Assembly (NCBI GenBank): GCA_965178125.1
Contig: OZ237742.1
Location: 1,240,001-1,304,000 of the forward strand
Direction of reading: 5' to 3'
Source: Bilabrum cf. latius
Lineage: Eukaryota
DNA: 64,000 bases
In this document: positions 60,546 through 64,000 of the stretch, piece by piece
Layout: each line of letters opens with the position of its first letter
Numbering within the stretch: the stretch's first letter is position 1
Position numbers and translations under genes: made by a program
The notes under the pieces: generated by a model
Seen by the model: only the letters and a program-made list of their open reading frames with translations
The model's database searches: none
Told to the model about the DNA's origin: nothing

Positions 60546-63500
60546 ATGGAGGCGGAAGATAGGGTAGTGGGGATCAGCTAGTCTCAGCTCGGTAAACTCG
60601 GTGAGGCGGGGCACGTTGCCCCGCTTGGAAGCAGTCACGAAGAGTCAGCGAGTACAGAGCTAATAAGAAGACAAATTAGGCGAGCAAGCTGCTCATTTGT
60701 AGAAGCGTGGAAGGGACAGGAACTAGAATTGCCAAATGTGCCCGCTGATCTTGAGCAAGAGGTTCGCGCTGCAGAACGCGCCGCTGCAGCCGCAGCGAAA
60801 GCGACAAATGCTCCCGCCACACAGCCCAAAGATGCTACAAGGATGGAAACAGCACTGGATGGTGAAGGGTGGGCGCGCGTGGCCGCTGCCTGGGTGCTCG
60901 TGCTCGCCTCATCTCGTGCGCAGGCGGCCATGCTGGCGGCCAGGCATGCCGTGGCCACGGGCGAGCTTGCGACCGGCCAAGCGCCCTCCATTGAGGCGGG
61001 GACGCGCACGGGCGCCCTCCTCCTCGCCCTGCGAGCCGCCACACACTGCCTGCCCTCCCCCTCACCGGAGCAAGCAGCCGTGGAGGCCGAGTGGAGGCGC
61101 ATCGATCGAGCAGGTGGGGAAGGAGGGGCAGCAGGAGGAAGACTCGCTACCCAAGAGCGGCGGCGGGTCCTTGGTGCAGTGGTGGATCTCTGCGGAACCG
61201 GATTGGCGCCGCGCATGAGTGCAGGCGATGCGGTGTGCGCCAAGCAGCGGCCCGGCAGCAGGGGCAGGCCGGGGCTCTCGAGGGTCGCCAGGCTCTCTGC
61301 GAGCGCCAGCGGGCAGGTGCTCCGAGCGCCGCTGTAGCATCTGCTCGGTGGCGGGGGCGAGCACGGAGAAGGGTGGATCGGTGGCGCCGGTGGGGGAGAG
61401 AGCGTGACGAATGCGCTGCTGGCATCGGGCGGGTACTCGCAGGCAGTGGTGCTGCGGGAGTGCGTGTCGGCTTCAGGGAACAAGGGCAGGGGCGCAGCCG
61501 TGCACTCGTCACGCGGTGCGGTGTCTCCGCATGGCCTGTCCCGGCTGCCCCCAGGGGAACTTGCGCTCGCCAGGGGGTGGCAGGCAGGCTCTCCGCTGGC
61601 GGTGGGGCGCAGTGGTGGTGGGGGGGCAGGTGCGTGGGGAGCGCAATCATCGTCTTCGGCCGGGTCTGAGTTTTTGAATTCCTCCTCTTCTTCATCTTCC
61701 TCCTCCTCCGCCTCCGCAAGGGGCGTGGTGCTGGCAGGGAATCCGCTGGGCCGCGTGGATGCGCGTCGGTGGCTTTGGGGGCGGGTCGGGGCGGCCACAC
61801 TGAGCGAGGAACAGGAGGACGCGGCGGGGCTTCGGCGGCAGGCGGGGCTGCTGCTGATGGAAGACCGGCGGAGGGAGGGGCAGGAGGGCAGTGCAGGGAA
61901 CAAGGGCCACAGTGTCCCGGGTGGTGGAGATGCAGGTCAGGCCGGGTCGGAGCGTCGCATGGGGCAGCTGGCAGACCGGCGCGAGCTGGTGTCCATCTCA
62001 CTGGGAGCAGTGCTGGGAGCTGGCAGGCCTGGGCATGGAGACGTCGGGCCGGGGGGTTGGTGGGAGCGTGCTCTGCGCGCGTGTGACGAGTGCGGGGTCT
62101 GGAGCGCCATGCACCGATTGCTTGAGCTGGGTGGCTGGGGACTGTCACGGCGAAAGTTGAAAGCAATCGACTCGCCGAGCGGTGGGGGCAAGGGAGGGCG
62201 CGCCCATTCTACCACTGCCGGTACTGTTGGCAGCGCGGGCCAGCCGGGCGCTGCCAACTCGGCGTCAATCCCCGAAGCCAAGCACGGCAGCCGAGGAGAG
62301 CCCGCCTCGCCCCCCAGGGGTAGCTTGCGCCGCAGCAGCGGGAGGACGCCCAAGCGGTCCCCTCGCGCGCGGTCCGGGACTGGCAGCACCCCTTCCCCTT
62401 CATCGTCCTCGTCTTCAAGCAGCGGCAGTAGTGGCACCCAGGGCACAGGGGCAGACACGGCCGGCAGCAACGGGTCCAAACCACCGGTGGATCGCGCGCC
62501 TTCCCAGCAGCAGCTCCACGAGCTGGAGCCTAGTCCGGCAGAGACCGTGGCCATGCTGCGAAAAGGGCCCGCGCTAGGGGTGCTTCCTTTCTTTGGTCTG
62601 TGCGCCGCGAGTGCGACCTGCCTGGGGCAGGCCCAGCAGCTGGCCGGGGTGCCTCGAGGACCCGGCTCCGAGGCGTTCCCCGGGCTGTTCTCCGTGCAGG
62701 TGTGCTGGCCCGAGCTGCGAAGTGCAGAGGAGCAAGTAGCTCTGCTGGAAGTGGCCCGCGAGTTCGTGCTGGGGCGGGAGGGCATGGGGAAGAAACTGCC
62801 GAGGGGCACCGAGCTGCAGGGCACCGAGCAGCAGGGCAATGGGGAGCTGCTGGGCGCGATTGGGGCTCAGTTGGACCGTGTGGCCGGGAAGATCCTCAGG
62901 AGTGCAGTGCCTCAGGGGTGGGACGGGCGCGCCAGCGGGCCAGGAGCGTCCGTGGATCTTGCGGCCGGCCTTTGGGTCTCACCAGGCCATGGCTTTGGGA
63001 CAGGGCCAGGGACAGGGACAGGGACAGGTGCCGTGTCTGCCGCTCCCTTGGTTGACCGGCGCATGGTGAGGAGGAGGTATCGGGCGAGGCAGTGCCTGTC
63101 TCGGTGGGTGCACCGGAGGGCGCGCGGGCGGGGTGCATCAGCGACCCACGTTGTGGACTAGGGCCAGAGCCAGGATCAGGATCAGGGCCAGGGCTAGAGC
63201 CAGAGCACACCGCTGCTGCAGCCGTCGATCTCCAGCGATGTGGTCGAGCCACAGGAGGGCGACGAGGTCGATCGATCACACTCGATCTCGGCGGAGATGT
63301 CCTCGGACAGCGACGGCGTGGAGTCAGAGTCGGGGAGCGACGCGGATGCCCTTGAGGCGGACCAGGCCGACGACTCGGCCCGCCGCAGGTCCCTGCAGCT
63401 GGCGAGGGCCATGGCGCGGCGGCAGGCAGCCGAGTAGGCAGAGCAACGCAATGCGATGCACCCTTGGGTGCGAGCAGGTAGAGCCGCAGATACCGCCCAT

Positions 63501-64000
63501 CAAATCGGTGGAAGCGAGGATCCGCACACGCCGGACTCTCCGATGGGCAGTCTCGGGCTGCTAGACGCCGCCGGTGTGCTGGCCTCGCTGACCCCAGCGC
63601 GGGGGCACCGTCGTGCGATGCACCCGGGGGGTTCGTAGTCCTTGCAGCGGCCGCCGGGCATGCTCGGAGCCAAGCGGTCCAGGGAACAAGCCCTGGGGCT
63701 CGGCGGGGAGACAGAGGGGGCCGCACCCGTCAGGACACCGCCCCGGGGTCACGCCGGGCACGGCCCGGGGAACAGCCCTGGGTCCGGCAGGGCGGGCACA
63801 GGATCGTCTAGCTCCCTATCGATGAGCAGCCCTGCGCGAGGGGGGCGGGGGCCAGGGGGCCAGCGGCGGGGGGCGCAAGCAAAGGCCCGGGGCTCGCAGA
63901 CAGCGCCCCGCAGCAAGCTGGGCGCAGGCGCGGCCGTGGGCTCCACGGTGCAGCAGCTGCTCTCCCAGACCAGGGAACAGGAGTGGGAGTTCCGGGCCAG
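60546..64000 (+). CDS. Hypothetical low-complexity protein; 3' end runs off the window, start uncertain
   Basis: One frame from ATG 60546 to the window end with six TAGs (60579, 61335, 63159, 63195, 63435, 63636) and no TAA/TGA. Confidence 0.75.

Larger units (their letters stand above)
2639..62092. repeat. Dispersed intragenic 12-mer GTGTGACGAGTG (12 perfect and at least 4 one-mismatch copies)
   Basis: Plus strand: 4302, 6503, 10382, 10667, 10691, 11034, 13595, 36436, 62081. Minus strand: 35940, 36984, 58792. One mismatch: 2639, 10553, 29803, 61503. Confidence 0.9.

Noticed and set aside
1-64000. Suppressor tRNA-Gln(CUA), eRF1 or rRNA genes
   Set aside because: None recognised in this window; the decoding machinery must be sought elsewhere in the genome.

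Overview
GC-rich, gene-dense eukaryotic nuclear DNA with short GT(G/A)AG...CAG spliceosomal introns. It is a protist; a stramenopile-like flagellate is my inference from the WDR92 and STT3 sequences. Key result: the window uses a non-standard nuclear genetic code in which TAG encodes glutamine while TAA and TGA remain stops (the pattern of NCBI table 15). The fragmented ORF track collapses into long intact genes once TAG is read as Gln. I counted about 64 in-frame TAGs in 12 genes, with no internal TAA/TGA and no modelled gene ending in TAG. TAG occupies conserved Gln sites of a reverse transcriptase (QxGFR, GxPQG) and the Q column of an xQ dipeptide repeat. Genes: a giant EF-hand/MABP protein, a CKAP2-like protein, a zinc-finger-less DFRP1/ZC3H15, RPS3, WDR92, STT3 with a WSC-like tail, two cystatins, a ~3,900-aa LamG+Sel1 membrane protein, an SRCR-array multipass membrane protein, an intact code-adapted non-LTR retroelement with a 5' intron, a repeat-rich type I surface protein and three hypothetical proteins. 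Also present: two local duplications (one flanking a patchwork insert) and a 12-mer, GTGTGACGAGTG, dispersed through unrelated coding sequences on both strands and in several frames.
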